Assembly (NCBI GenBank): GCA_951406725.2
Contig: OX597820.1
Coordinates: forward strand, 23,746,001 to 23,810,000
Length of the DNA stretch: 64,000 nt
Direction of reading: 5' to 3'
Source of the DNA: Octopus vulgaris
Taxonomy: Eukaryota
Shown: one piece after another, positions 49,168 through 63,545 of the stretch
How positions within the stretch are numbered: position 1 is the stretch's first letter
How the letters are laid out: the number at the start of each line of letters is the position of its first letter
Notes under the pieces: model-generated
What the model saw: only the letters and a program-made list of their open reading frames with translations
Told to the model about the DNA's origin: nothing
Database searches by the model: none
Translations under genes and position numbers: made by a program

Positions 49168-50397
49168 CTGTGTCTTTCATCTCACAAGACTTCATCATCG
49201 TTTTAATGTCCACATTTCCATGCTTACATGGATTGGATGGATTTTATTGAGGACGAGTTTCTATGGCCACCAGATGCCCTTCTTGTTGTCAACCCTCAAC
49301 TAACCTGTTTCTAAGCAAAGTAATACTTCACCATGGCCAGAGATATTCCCAGAGAAATGAATGGAGTTATTTTAATGTTAATGATGAGGCACAGGTCAAT
49401 CCTGATTGAGTAGAACTATAAGATCAAGGGCATTCCAGAAGTGACCATCTCATCTATTTATACTTAATATCATAGTCAAGACATTCTATTTTATTTAAAC
49501 AGATCAATTATTGCTTGAGGGGAATTTGGTTACTATTCCTAGCAAGTTCAGCTATCAGTGGCTCTCAACCTTATTAATATCCAAGCCAGAGTCCAAACTG
49601 GGACATTTTTTAGGTGGCTGCACCAAAACTAGCAAGACAGGTCAATTAAAGAAAATTTTATTATATTTATAAAAGGAAGATCGTCGGGGTCCGTCGGAAA
49701 GATGCTTGAGGGCCGCAGTTGATATATGCAGGTTTAAAAAATATTTTTTGTCTCAAGATCGACATTAGTTATACAATAATTAAAGGGAAGTAATCCAGGA
49801 ATAGCATATTTTGGCAGTAATCTCCCTTAAGATTGTAGCATTACACAGAGCCTTTTGTTTTTCCTGTTATTTTGTCATAATTTGAAACTTTTAAGATACA
49901 CCGTTTTAATGATAGACACCAGACTATGAAAAAGAAAATACATACTTACTATATTTATAAATAAAAGTCATTAAATCTACAGCATTTATTCAGTTAAGCA
50001 TTTTTTTCTGCCTGTTTCCTTATTTTTTTTTAGACATTAGGGGACATAGAAGGAAACGAAAATATGGCACACATATTGTCCGAAGGATATAAACAACTGA
50101 AGCAAATTAAAATTAATTAGATCAAAGGTTTAGTTTAAGTTCAGTATGCTAAATTATTTATTATAAACATTTGAATACAATTGGAGCATATGTTACACTT
50201 TGGATGTTAACCAGAAGCACTGAAAGATTTTCTAAAAGGCATATTAAACATTTCTTTCACTGTCCATAGTTTCATAATACCAGCTTCTTTACTGGTGGTG
50301 GTGATGGTGGGGCTTAGTCAGTTTTAATGTTCAGTCATTGCATGTGTAATTACAAAGTGAATGACTAATTAATTGAAAATTTATAATGAATACTAAA

Positions 50398-50534
50398 CAG
50401 GGTGTGGGCAAAAGTAGGTATACTGTTGCTGAATATGAGTGGAATGTTCTTGTCATTCTTATTCTAAAAAAGAAATAGAGAAATGAAAAGAACATTCCAA
50501 TTAAGCATCTGTTTATTTACTTTTGCCACCCCTG
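50398..50534. mobile_element. Short Tc1-like fold-back MITE
   Basis: cagggtgtgggcaaaagtag ... tacttttgccacccctg|ta, with an internal inverted repeat tggaatgttctt / aagaacattcca. Confidence 0.7.
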
Positions 50535-50563
50535 TATAGTATGTATGTATGTATGTGTGTGTA

Positions 50564-50599
<36 letters not shown>

Positions 50600-51289
50600 A
50601 CAAAATGGGACAAGAACGCTAAACATCCAGTCAGTTAGGTGATACAAAAAAGGGACAACAAAACATCCAGACAGACGTTACAAAGAAAACAAGGATGGGT
50701 CATTTGGAGTTTTCTTTCCTCAGTCGAGTTCCAGATTATCTTCGCAATTTCGGCTGGTTATACTTGAGATTGCTCTAACCTGGCCAGCCCCAAGGAAAAA
50801 CTAAGCTTAGAGTAGTAGATTCCTTGGAAGTAAGCAGTGAATGTATATTAAAACCAGGATGGAAAAAAAATGGAGAATGTTACATAAATACAAATAACAG
50901 GACATAACAACAGGTGTCTTTCGACTTAGGACAAATTAAATTAAGCTGGCATGTGTGGAAATAAAGCCTTATGGCAGGGATGCAATATTTCACATGCACA
51001 GGGAGGAATATAGATGTCGCATGGACGGTGGCTGAACCAAGAAAGAAAAGTCAGGCTTGGCCAAACACTGGTCACAGGAGTGAAGAGAGAGAGGTAGAGG
51101 CAGAGGGACATAAGAAATAAGGAGGGGCGAGAAAAAATGACAGGGACACAGTGAAGTGAAAAGAGAGGTGCAAGCATGATTGTGGTTAAAAAGCTTGCTT
51201 TGCAACCATGTGGTTTTATAAATGCATACATACATATATATATGCAAAGCTTTTAAAAAGTTTTCATTGTTCTCAATAAAATCAAAATC

Positions 51290-51585
51290 TTGTGCAACTG
51301 AAACTCAAGTGTATTCTTCGCAGACATGCATCTCCTATCCAAATCTTTAGTGATAATGGACTGAACTGAACCATAACTAATCTGCACATGCTCTGATAAC
51401 TCACAGATGGTAATTTGATGATTTCTCCTCACTGCTGCATGCACATCTGTGATGTTTTTCTCAGTTCTGCTGATTGTAGGTCTCCCAGAATCTTCGTCAA
51501 GACTGACATTGTTTTGGCCATCTTGGAGATGTCTGAACCACTTGTACAGATGTGTGCGGCTCATACACTCCTCTCTATACACTTA
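51290..51585 (-). mobile_element. Mariner transposase N-terminal (HTH) fragment
   Basis: YREECMSRTHLYKWFRHLQDG..LDEDSGRP..ITICELSEHVQISYGSVQSIITKDL matches the mariner DNA-binding region including the SGRP motif. Confidence 0.85.
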
Positions 51586-51675
51586 CTGCATATATATATA
51601 TCAGATGAGTATGGTACTTAAGTTGAGGCACCAGAATTTAGTACAGTATTATCCATATATATATATATCTATATA

Positions 51676-52561
51676 CAGTGTGATGGGTAAATTGTTGCCC
51701 TTTATGATTTTAATTTTGTGCATATGCATTATTTGTTTTTGATTTTGTCAACAACAGTGTATAGTAGGGGTAGTTGGGCACCATCTTTGAGAAAAACACC
51801 ATAATGACGCAATTAACTCAGCCAGAAATTTGGAAATGACATGCTGTACTTCTTGACATTTGTGACAGAAGCTCCAATATGAACGTTTCAGAGTGTTTGG
51901 GTGTCAATCTGAGGACATTGCTATCTGTGGACATGTACTGAGAGTGATAAAAATCTAACATCCAATCAACATCATGGTGTTTGGAGTGATCACGAGTGGT
52001 AGCAACATTATGCCTCCATTCATCTTCCTACACGGCCTCAGACTCAACATGGAAGCCTATATCAAGTGCATGGAGGAGGTAGTGCTGCCCTGGGTCAAGA
52101 GGGTGGCTGCTAGAAAACCCTATGTCTGACAACATGACTCTGCACCATGCCACACAAGCTGGAGAAGCTAGTCGTGGCTGTCAGATAATTTCTGTGACCA
52201 CATCACCCCTAACATCTGGATACCTAACTCCCCACACTGCAACCCCCTTGATTATTATGTGTGGGGCACAATGGGAGACCCACAAAACTCCTTGTAACAC
52301 CAAAGATGAATTGAAGGCAAGGATTATATCAACATTCACCAACTTACACAAGGAAACCATCCAGAAGAGTTGCAGAAGATTGTGAAGTCATCTGGAGGCC
52401 ATGATGGTTGAAGCCAATGGCAATTTTATTGAATAAATTTACTCTTTAGTATTTCAAGATATTTTTATGTAATGTTGGTAAATATATCTGTTAAAATGAG
52501 ATGTCATTGTTATTTTCATTTTTGTGTGTAATTTAAATGATGGTTTATTCACCGCACCCTG
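51676..52561 (+). mobile_element. Deleted Tc1/mariner-superfamily element of maT (DD37D)-like type
   Basis: Translates IMVFGVITS..MPPFIF..AYIKCMEEVVLPW..YV*QHDSAPCH and WIPNSPHCNPLDYYVWG; ends are ta-cagtgtg... and ...gcaccctg, imperfect TIRs. Confidence 0.8.
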
Positions 52562-52789
52562 GATATATATATATATATATCTATGTTTGCATGTATGTTT
52601 GATTATATACATGTGTGTGTGTGTGTTTGTGTATATATATATGTATTTATCTACGCGAGCATGTTTCCAGTCTTCCATGGCAAATATGACTGGTGATGGA
52701 AACACCAGTTTCCCTTACTTGGAAACAGATGAGGGTTGGCAAAAGGAAAAAGTGTGTGACTGTAGAAAATTCTTTGCCTCAACATAGAA

Positions 52790-52942
52790 GTGGCTATGTG
52801 GTAAGAAGCTTGCTTCTCAACCACATGGTTCTGAGTTCAGTCCCATTGCGTGGCACCTTGGGCAAGTGTTTTCTACTATAGCCTTGGGCCAACCAAAGCC
52901 TTGTGAGTGGACTTGATTGATGGAAACTGAAAGAAGCCCATC

Positions 52943-53003
<61 letters not shown>

Positions 53004-53118
53004 GAGAGAGAGAGAGAGCAATAAGAAAATGGAGGGGATCAATAGGTGATTCATCCACTTTTAGACATATTATGTCAACTTATTTATTTATTTACTAAAA
53101 TGACAATTACAAGAATAT

Positions 53119-53169
<51 letters not shown>

Positions 53170-53375
53170 CACATATGTATGTGTTTGTGTGTCTGTGTTT
53201 GCCCCCTCCACCATTGCTTGACAACCAATGTTGGTATGTTTACTTCCCTGTAACTTAGCGGTTTGGAAAAAGAAACTAATAGAAGAATAAGTCCTGGGGT
53301 CAATTTGGATTTGTTCGACTAAAGGCGGTGCTCCAGCATGGCTGCAGTCAAATGATTGAAACAAATAAAAGAATA
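52790..53375 (+). mobile_element. SINE-A
   Basis: Family similarity; expanded internal microsatellite. Confidence 0.8.
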
Positions 53376-53575
53376 AAATAATATTCCATCTGATCCATGC
53401 CAGCCTGGACATTAAACGACAAAGATAATGATAATAGCATGTTGATAGGGAAAAAGCTGAAAGTCCTTTGTGCATAGAGAGATTTAAATAAATTATTTAA
53501 ATGTATGTGTGTATATATAAAATATCATTTTCAATGTATGTATATTCAAGGTACATATGTATGTGTGTGTATGTA

Positions 53576-53606
<31 letters not shown>

Positions 53607-53671
53607 GTATGTATGTGTGTGCGTGTATATATGAGTGTAATGTGATATGTTTGAAGATTAAATCTATGTAT

Positions 53672-53877
53672 TCTCTTATTCTTTTACTCGTTTCAGTCAT
53701 TTGACTGCGGTCATGCTGGAGCACTGTCTTTAGTTGAACAAACAGACCCCAGGACTTATTCTTTGTTTGCCTAGTACTTATTCTATCGGTCTCTTTTGCC
53801 ACACTGCTATGTTATGGGGATGTAAATACGCCAGCATCAGTTGTCAAGTGATGTTGGGGGGGACAAACACGCACATA

Positions 53878-53913
<36 letters not shown>

Positions 53914-54078
53914 TATGACAGGCTTCTTTCAGTTTCTGTCTACCAAATCTAGTCACCAGGCTTTGGTTGACCCAAGGCTATAGTAGAAGTCACTTACCCA
54001 AGGTGCCATGCATTGGGACTGAACCCGGAACCATGTGGTTGGTAAGCAAGCTACTTACCACACAGTGGCTCCTGTGCC
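53672..54078 (-). mobile_element. SINE-A
   Basis: Family similarity. Confidence 0.85.
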
Positions 54079-54404
54079 TATATATATATATCAAGAAATT
54101 TTGTATTTTTTTCATCTTTTCAAGTTATCTTTTTAATTGCAAAGTCATGCAAAATAAAATAGATAAATAGACAAGATATTTATGGCTAAGTATGTGATAA
54201 AGTCTAAAATAAGCAGCAGGGTATCAAAGACTCTTTGTAATTCTTTTAAGCAAAGCAATAAAACACATACACATGCACACACATACACACACAAGCACAG
54301 ACATACACACACATGTGTGCGCATGTGTATATATTTGTATATATTTTATATATATATGTATCAACCCATGCCAGCTTAAAACATGGACTTTAAAATGATT
54401 ATGA

Positions 54405-54455
<51 letters not shown>

Positions 54456-54463
54456 CATATATA

Positions 54464-54846
54464 TTCTTTTATTCTTTTACTTGTTTCAGTCATTTGATTG
54501 TGGCCATGCTGGAGCACCACCTTAAAGGGTGTTAGTTAAAGAAATCGACACCAGGACTTATTCTTTGTAAGCCTAGTAAATATTCTATTGACCTTTTTTG
54601 CTGTGCTAAGTACAGTGACATAAACACACCAGAATCAGTTATCAAGCGATGGTGGGGTATCGAACAAACATAGACACACACACAAATATATACATACAAC
54701 AGTCTTCTTTCAGTTTCTTTCACAAGGCCTTAGTCTGCCCGAAGCTATAGTAGAAGACATTTACCCAAGGTACCATACAGTGGGACTGAACCCGGAACCA
54801 TCTGGCTGGGAGGCAAGCTTCTTACCACACAGCCATGTTCGCACCT
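54464..54846 (-). mobile_element. SINE-A (older variant)
   Basis: Family similarity. Confidence 0.8.
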
Positions 54847-54848
54847 AC

Positions 54849-55072
<224 letters not shown>

Positions 55073-55785
55073 AAATATGGAGGGTTTAGCTTGTGATCTA
55101 AACAAATAGATATGATGGGTAAGTGTTATATTTGGTCAACCATTAGGTTCCAAGATCACAGCTAAGGCTGGATCTAGGGATCTGTGTTAAGGTTCCATTA
55201 TAGTATCATCATCATCATCATCAGTATCATCATTTAATGTCTGTTGTCCATGATGGCATGGGTTGGATGGTTTGACTGGGCTGGTATGCTAGAAGGCTGC
55301 ACCAGCCTACAGTCTGATTTGGCATGGTTTTCTATGGCTTGATGCCCTACTTAACGCCAAACCCCCTCCAAGAGTGTAATGGGTACTTTTATGTGCCACT
55401 GGTATGGGTGCTATTTGCCTGACACCGGTCTCTGCCTTGACTGTGATTTTGTTCGGCTTGATGGGTCTTCTCAAGCACAACCATGTATATATTATATTAG
55501 AGGAAAAATCATAACCAAGCTAAAACGAGCATCTCAAGTCATTTAGAAGAATTTAATCAGGATAAGGTGAATTTGAAGTCTTGCACCTGATTCTAGGATA
55601 ACCCAAGTGGTTGTTTAGCATGTCCGTGCACTGGGTATTCCATCAACAGAGACAAGGTATGAATATTTTCGACGGGGAAAATTTACAGTTTATAAGGAAT
55701 AAAATAGAAGAATAAAGAGTAAGGAGAATAATGTTCACAACTCGCCTTTTTCCAGAGGATATGGATGTTGCTTGGTACTTCCATG

Positions 55786-55951
55786 AAGGAGTGTCTGTGT
55801 GGTAAGTAGCTTGCTTACCAACCACATGGTTCTGGGTTCAGTTCCACTGTGTGGCACCTTGGGTAAGTGTCTTCTACTATTGCTTCGGGCCGACCAGAGC
55901 TTTGTGAGTGGATTTGGTAGCTGGAAACTGAATGAAGCCTGTTGTATATAT

Positions 55952-55992
<41 letters not shown>

Positions 55993-56207
55993 TGCATGTG
56001 TATATATTTGTGTGTCTGTGTTTGTCCCCCCAACATTGTCTGACAACCGATGCTGGTGTGTTTACGTCCCCATAACTTAGCGGTTCAGCAAAAGTGACCA
56101 ATAGAATAAGTACTAGACTTCCAAAGAATAAGTCCTGGGGTCACTTTGCTTGACTAAAGGTGGTGCTCCAGCATGGCCACAGTCAAATGACTGAAACAAG
56201 TAAAAGA
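55786..56207 (+). mobile_element. SINE-A
   Basis: Family similarity. Confidence 0.85.
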
Positions 56208-56831
56208 CTAGTACAGGTTTTTAGTTAAAATCCCAGTTAAGTCCAGGCAATAATTTGGCAGTGTTCTGAATGATGTATTCCTATTGTAAATGTGTATATA
56301 GAATGAGCAAGTATGATGGATATAAATGGATTTTGTGAGTGGGTGTATGAGAGAGGGGAGAGAGGAAAAGAGAGATAGGAGAAAGGATTAGAAAGTAAGA
56401 TAGTGGTTAAAGGGGAAAAAAGATAAAAATAAAAATAATAATAATGGAAATAATTAAATAAAAGATGAGGTAATGACAGATATGTCCTGAATGGATTTTA
56501 TGAGTAGGTGTGTACGGGAGAGGAGGAATGGAATAAAAATAAAATAAGATAGAGGTAACAGGGTAAAGAATAATAAGATAAAAATATATAAATAAATAAA
56601 AGTATATTGGTGTAGGAGTGGCTGTGTGGTAAGTAGCTTGCTTACGAACCACATGGTTCCAGGTTCAGTCCCACTGCGTGGTATCTTGGGCAAGTGTCTT
56701 CTACTATAGCCTCGAGCTGACCAAAACCTTGTGAGTGGATTTGGTAGATGGAACTGAAAGAAGCCCGTTGTATATCATCATCATCGTTTAACGTCCGTTT
56801 TCCACGCTAGCACGGGTTGGACATGTATGTG

Positions 56832-56865
<34 letters not shown>

Positions 56866-56878
56866 TATATATATATAT

Positions 56879-56914
<36 letters not shown>

Positions 56915-56980
56915 GTTTACACACACACATTCATACATACATAAGTACATATATGTGTGTGTGTATGTGTCTATATATAT

Positions 56981-57220
56981 ACTCTTTTACTCTTTTACTT
57001 GTTTCAGTCATTTGACTGCAGCCATGCTGGAGCACCACCTTTAGTCGAGCAAATCGACCCCAGGATTTATTTTTTGTAAGCCTAGTACTTATTCAATCGG
57101 TCTCTTTTGCCGAAACGTTAAGTTACGGGGACGTAAACACACCAGAATTGGTTGTCAAGCGATGTTGGGGTGACAAACACAGACATACAAACATATACAC
57201 ACACGCACATACATACATAC

Positions 57221-57265
<45 letters not shown>

Positions 57266-57392
57266 TATATACATGTATATGACGGGCTTCTTTCAGTTTC
57301 CGTCTGCCAAATCCACTCAGAAGGTTTGGTTGGCCCGAGGCTATAGTAGAAGACACTTGCCCAAGGTGCCATGCAGTGTGACTGAACCACTC
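56981..57392 (-). mobile_element. SINE-A (facing a + strand 5' half at 56608-56770)
   Basis: Family similarity. Confidence 0.8.
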
Positions 57393-57393
57393 C

Positions 57394-57440
<47 letters not shown>

Positions 57441-57714
57441 GAAGCTTGCAGAATTGGTTGCACATCGAACGAAATGCTTAGTACCATTTATTTTTTCCAG
57501 TTGTTTATGTTTTGACTTCAAATCCCCCTGAGCTTCACTTTACCTTTCATCGATTTCTGATAAGATAAAGTACCAGTCTGGTAATTGACTTGCCCCAATC
57601 CACTGACATCCTCTTCAGGGAAAATGTTAGGATCTCAACCACTTATAAGCCATGGAAACTAGATAACCAGCCTCGTGAGTCCAAGGGCTCAAGGAAAAGA
57701 AAAGAATATATATG

Positions 57715-57756
<42 letters not shown>

Positions 57757-58279
57757 TTAATAATTAATAAAAGCAGTTAGAAAAACATTTAGCAAGTAGT
57801 GATTTACACAAGATAATTACTATAATCTATATACAAATGTCATATAAATTATTAATTAGTACAGAGGTAACAGGTATTTCGTGAGTCAGTGGCAATGTAA
57901 AAATTGAAAGATTCTGTTTTGAATTCAGTTGCCATGTTTCTTGTTCTCTATAGCTGGTTTGTATTATTAATAAGGTTATTGAATACCTCAAGGTTGTCTT
58001 TTTTTGTTTTTAAGTAAGTTTATCATATTCAGAATAACTAATGAAAGGGATTACAAATGCATAGGAATCCTGTGAATGTTATTTGCATTACATATCATAG
58101 ATAATTGGGTCTATCAGAGTTGTTTGATAGCTATAATAGCTACAAAACTGACAGAAATTTAGGCAGAAAACCAAGATGAAACAATTATTGTGGAATTTGA
58201 GTTCATAACTTTGAAATTCAAATACCACTGTGTGTTTTGTGAATATATATAGCATATATATAGTGTATATATATATATA

Positions 58280-59015
58280 ATTTCTTTATTGCCCAAAAGG
58301 GCCTAATCATAGAGGGGACAAACAAGGACAGACAAAGGGATTAAGTTGATTACATCGACCCCAGTGCGTAACTGGTACTTATCAATCCCGAACGGATGAA
58401 AGGCAAAGTTGACCTTGATGGAATTTGAACTCAAAACCTAGTGACAGGTGAAATACTGCTAAGCATTTCGTCCAGCATGCTAATGATTCTGTCAGCTCGC
58501 TACCTTAATAATAATGAGGATGCTGATGCTGATGATGATGATGATGATCATGATGATGATGGTTGTTGTTGTTTCAAATTTTCGCACTGGGCCAGCAGTT
58601 TTTTTTTGGTAGGGAGTGGGGAGTAAATTGATTATATCAACTCCAGTGCTCAACTGGTTCTTATTTCATTGACCCTGGAAGGAAGAAAGGTAAAGTCAAC
58701 CTTGGTGGAATTTGAACTCAGAATGTAAAGACAAATGAAATGAAGCTAAGCATTTTGCCTGGTGTGCTAACAATTCTGCCAGCTTGCCGCCTTAAAAATA
58801 ATGATATTGATGGTGATTTCACGAGGCCAGCAATTTTGAGGGAAAGGCTAAGTCAACTGAATGGACCTCAGTGCTCAACTGGTACTTATGTTATTAACCC
58901 TGAAAGAACAAAAGCAAAGTTGTTCTCATTGACACTTGAACCAAGAATGTATAGATTGATGAAATGCTGCTAAGTATTTTGCCCTCCATGCTAACAATCC
59001 TGCCAGCTTGCCACC
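58280..59015 (-). mobile_element. Cluster of three minus-strand SINE-B or related copies
   Basis: Repeated aaaggcaaagt..gaatttgaactcagaa..ctaagcattt..ctgccagct. Confidence 0.75.
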
Positions 59016-59053
<38 letters not shown>

Positions 59054-59068
59054 TATTGATGGTAATAG

Positions 59069-59670
59069 GGCGGCGAGCTGGCAGAATTGTTAACACACTG
59101 GGCGAAATACTTAGCGGTATTTCGTCTACCGCTACGTTCTGAGTTCAAATTCTGCCAAGGTCAACTTTGCCTTTCATTCTTTCGGGGTCGATTAAATAGA
59201 TACCAGTTACGCACTGGGGTCGATCTAATTGACTTTAATCTGTTTGTCTGTCCTCGTTTGTCCCCTCTGTGTTTAGCCCCTTGTGGGTAGTAAAGAAATA
59301 GGTATTTTGTCTGCCGCTACGTTCTGAGTTCAAATTCCGCCGAGGTCGACTTTGCCTTTCATTCTTTCGGGGTCGATTAAATAGATACCAGTTACGCGCT
59401 GGGGTCGATCTAATTGACTTAATCTGTTTGTCTGTCCTCGTTTGTCCCCTCTGTGTTTAGCCCCTTGTGGGTAGTAAGGAAATAGGTATTTTGTCTGCCG
59501 CTACGTTCTGAGTTCAAATTCCGCCAAGGTCGACTTTGCCTTTCATCCTTTCAGGGTCGATTAAATAAGTACCAGTTATGCACTGGGGTCGATGTAATCG
59601 ACTTAATCTCTTTGTCTGTCCTTGTTTGTCCCCCCTAAGTTTAGCTCCCTGCGGGCAATAAAGAAAAAAA
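59069..59670 (+). mobile_element. SINE-B head-to-tail trimer inside one 14-bp TSD
   Basis: Units restart at ggtattt (59116, 59301, 59485); aatattgatggtaa at 59052-59065 and 59671-59684. Confidence 0.92.
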
Positions 59671-61036
59671 AATATTGATGGTAAGTTCTTTTGCTCAGAA
59701 GTGATGAGAAAAATATTTTTATCCACCACTAAACCTACCAATCAACTGCCCTTGTATGTTTAAATAATAGTATATTATAGCTATCAATAAACAGAAAACA
59801 TATTCTTCTTCACAGGATATTTACATTTATAATTCCAATAATAGGTAAATATCCTAGCTGTTTATCCAGATTTGCAGAGAAAATTTGGTATGAAAAATTG
59901 ATATAACCCATTTATTTTCTCACACTCTAATCAGACAAAATCTGCCACTAGATCATTTTGAACTCTTGGCAGAAACTTGGACTAACAAATTTTTGATGAA
60001 GCACTTATTTCTCACGTTCTAGTTTTCATGGTATCTCATCCGTTACCCTTAATTCTTTTTATTTTTTTCAACTTATCCTTAGTTGGCTTATACAACTCAT
60101 AAGGCCAGTTACCTGGTGTACAACTGACTGAGATCACAGCATTACCCTGAAAGGGATACCAATCCAGTGTGGTATTCAAGGTCAGAAATTTCGATGGGAG
60201 AGGACAAGTTCATTACATCACCACCTAGTATATGCCTAGTGCTTTATTTTATCAATTCTGAAGATGAAAAACAAAGTCGACCTTAGTGAGATTTGAACTC
60301 AGAACATAAGCATCTAGAAGAAATACTTTAAGCATTTTGTCCAAGAGGCTAATGATTCTTCCAGCTTACTGCCTTGTTATCTGTCATTAGTTCTTGATAA
60401 TTCCTGCTAGCTCTTATATCTTACCTAATTCATGTTAATTCCAATAACTCGCCAATTTTCTACTTAGGCTAATAATGGTAGTCAACCAAACATAACATAG
60501 ACCAAATCAATAGCAAAACAAAAGAACTTTATAAGGATTTCAGTAGTTATGTCAATGAAAGTATAAATTGTTGGAGTTTTTTACTTTTTTTTTTGCTCTA
60601 GTCTTTGTCAGCTCTGCTTCAGTAAATCTATGAATGAGGATATATAATTAAACATATAATGCAATCAGTTTTTCTAGTTCATGGCTCACACATCTTTTGT
60701 GTAGACAGGCCGTTTAAGATACAGCAGGACATAATACGAGTGGTTGTCATTTTTTCAAGGAGCTTAGGTAGTTGCATTGAATAAATCAAGTAAACGTGTT
60801 AACTCGTTATTAGCTCAAGAGAATAGCTGTAACTCTGATTATTAGAGTGTAATGATGTGCGTGCATGTGTGTGTGTATGTATTATAATACATATATATAT
60901 ATGTATGCATATATTTATGTATATATGAATGTATGTATGGAGTGTATGTATGCATATAGGCATGTATGTGTGTTTATGCTTAGTTATAATAAAAGCAATT
61001 TGACATTAATCTATGGGTTTATTCTATTCTTTATTT

Positions 61037-61254
61037 TATTCTTTTATTTGTTTCAGTCATTTGACGGCGGCCATGCTGGAGCACTGCCTTTAGTCGAGCA
61101 AATCGACCCCAGGACTTATTCTTTGTTAGCCTAGTACTTATTCTATCAGTCTCTTTTAATGAATCGCTAAGTTACGGGGCGTAAACACACCAGCATCAGT
61201 TGTCAAGCGATGTTGGGGGGGGGGGGTCAAACACAGACACACAAACATATACAT

Positions 61255-61295
<41 letters not shown>

Positions 61296-61459
61296 CGACG
61301 GGCTTCTTTCAGTTTCCATCGACCAAATTCACTCACAAGGCTTTGGTCAGCCCAAGGTTATAGTAGAAGACACTTGCCCAAGGTGCCATGCAGTGGGACT
61401 GAACCCGGAACCATGTGGTTGGTAAGCAAGCTACTTACCACACAGCCACTCCTGCGCCT
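61037..61459 (-). mobile_element. SINE-A, full length
   Basis: Family similarity; head ends ...ccactcctgcgcct. Confidence 0.85.
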
Positions 61460-61846
61460 ATACTTTTGTAGAGTACAAGTTTATTCTTAAACAAGAATAT
61501 TGTTGACAGTAAATTTGGAGTTTGGGCCATACATACTTACATAACATAAATGCATGTATGTATGTATGTATGCACATATGTATGGCTTTCTTTCATGTTT
61601 AAATATGCATCAAGCATATTTGAACTGGTAACAAGTTTGTATATATCATCATCATCATCGTTTAACGTCCGCTTTCTATGGTGGCATGGGTTGGATGATT
61701 TGACTGAGGACTGGCAAGCCAGAAGGCTGCACTAGGCTCCAGTCTGATCTGGCAAGATTTCTACAGCTGGATGCCCTTCCTAATGCCAACAACTCTGAGT
61801 GTAGTGGGTGCTTTTTACGTCCCACCGGCACAGGTGCCAGGGGAGG

Positions 61847-61901
<55 letters not shown>

Positions 61902-62539
61902 TGTATGTATATATATGCATGTGTGTATAAGTATATTGTATAAATACACACACAGGTAACATTTATATATATATAGATAGATAGATAATATGGATAACAA
62001 CAATTATTACATCATCACCCTGAGCTCAGTGGAAAAGATGGGTGCATGATTATGTATGAAATTCAACCCAGGGAAGTCTAAGTGCCTGAGTATCATGAAA
62101 GAAAAGCTGACAAACATCTCCACTTTTCAGAAATCTGAGATTTCAACATTTCTGTGCCTTGGGTTGAATTATGACAGTATCCTGAAGAACAAAGACAACA
62201 CCAAAAACACTAACTAACCAACTGGCTGGAGAGCAGTTGAATCAACTACTCAGCTGCTTTAAGCTGTACTACTTATATTATGGCAAAATAACCCAAACTG
62301 AAGTGGCTATTCCTGCTTTATGACCTACTCATGACATAGGTGGAGGCAATGGAGAAAGAAACATGTAAAATTGTCTATGTGTTTTCTAACTTTGCATTTG
62401 GTTAACCTATACAGAAAGATCTCCAAGCTCTACTTATCAATATCATAGATAGTGGGAGAATTTAACGCTACTAAGTTAAGAGCAGTTAATATATTGTTAC
62501 TTTCTGAGAATGAGAAGGTTAGGTACAGTAACAAGGCCA

Positions 62540-63545
62540 TTGAAGGGTGGCAAGAAGTGGAAAACCCCAGGAAACTGTGAAGTAAGCTGAAACATATACT
62601 GAAGACATCAGGGGATTGTTGGTCTGATCTGTCAAGAATGGCAAGGATTTGACAACTACAACACCAAGAGGTGAAGTGGTGCCAATTCTAAAGGCAGGAG
62701 AGGGTTCATAGAGCAAGGGACAGGAAAAGCAATGGAAGAAGATCACTATGTAAAAGTAATAGGGTTTGCTTGCCAGAATACAGAGTGACCATTGGCTTAA
62801 AGGGAATTCTGGATTACTGACCACAGAAAGACGGCCTTCCTCTTGTGTACTGTGGATGACTGTAAGCAAGCATCTACAAACTTAAAATCTGAGACAAAGA
62901 AAATTAATTCCTTTAGCAGTGTGAAGCAATTCTTTGCACTATAAACAACATTTTGAGTAGGGACCCTAGGATACTGGAAGAAGGCTAATACAAATGGAGA
63001 CACAATAAGGTCCTTACTGAAATTGCCAAGTAGATGGACTTACAGAAAGTTAAGGCCAACAAGCCACAGGCATCACTACCCAAAAGTATCAGATTCTTAA
63101 AGAAAGATACTAAAGCACCTCAAGCAAAGCTGCTGTGTGGAACCCATTTTCTAATGTGTAAGAAATCCCTGAATGAGAAATGGAAGTGAATCTGAGGAAT
63201 AAAACTCATCTTTCCAGAAGTGGTGGCAGTAACATTGACCTGATCAGACTTGGTTCTTCTATCCTTGGGTAGAAAAAAAACCCCATCTTCATGGGTGAAC
63301 TCATAGAGCCCTGGGAGAACAGTCTTGACAAATCTCATCAGCAGACGAAAGCCAAACACCAGGACCTGGTTGATGAGGCTTTTATTGAAAGATGGTATAC
63401 ATCTTTGTTTCCCATTGAAGTTGGTTGCTGCAGTTTCCCAGCAAAATCAGTGATTTGTCTCTTGTAGAAAATTGATTTGGAACTTAAACAACCAAAGAAA
63501 GCCACTAAGGAGATAACCATGGCAACTGAGACTAAGAGATTGTAG
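62540..63545 (+). mobile_element. Decayed non-LTR element with restriction-like endonuclease (HERO/NeSL-like) C-terminus
   Basis: Broken + frames give YKWRHNKVLTEIA, LIFPEVVAVTLT*SDLVL, ELIEPWE and FPIEVGC, i.e. the RH(N/D), PD and ELTxPWE motifs of R2-superfamily RLE domains. Confidence 0.7.
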
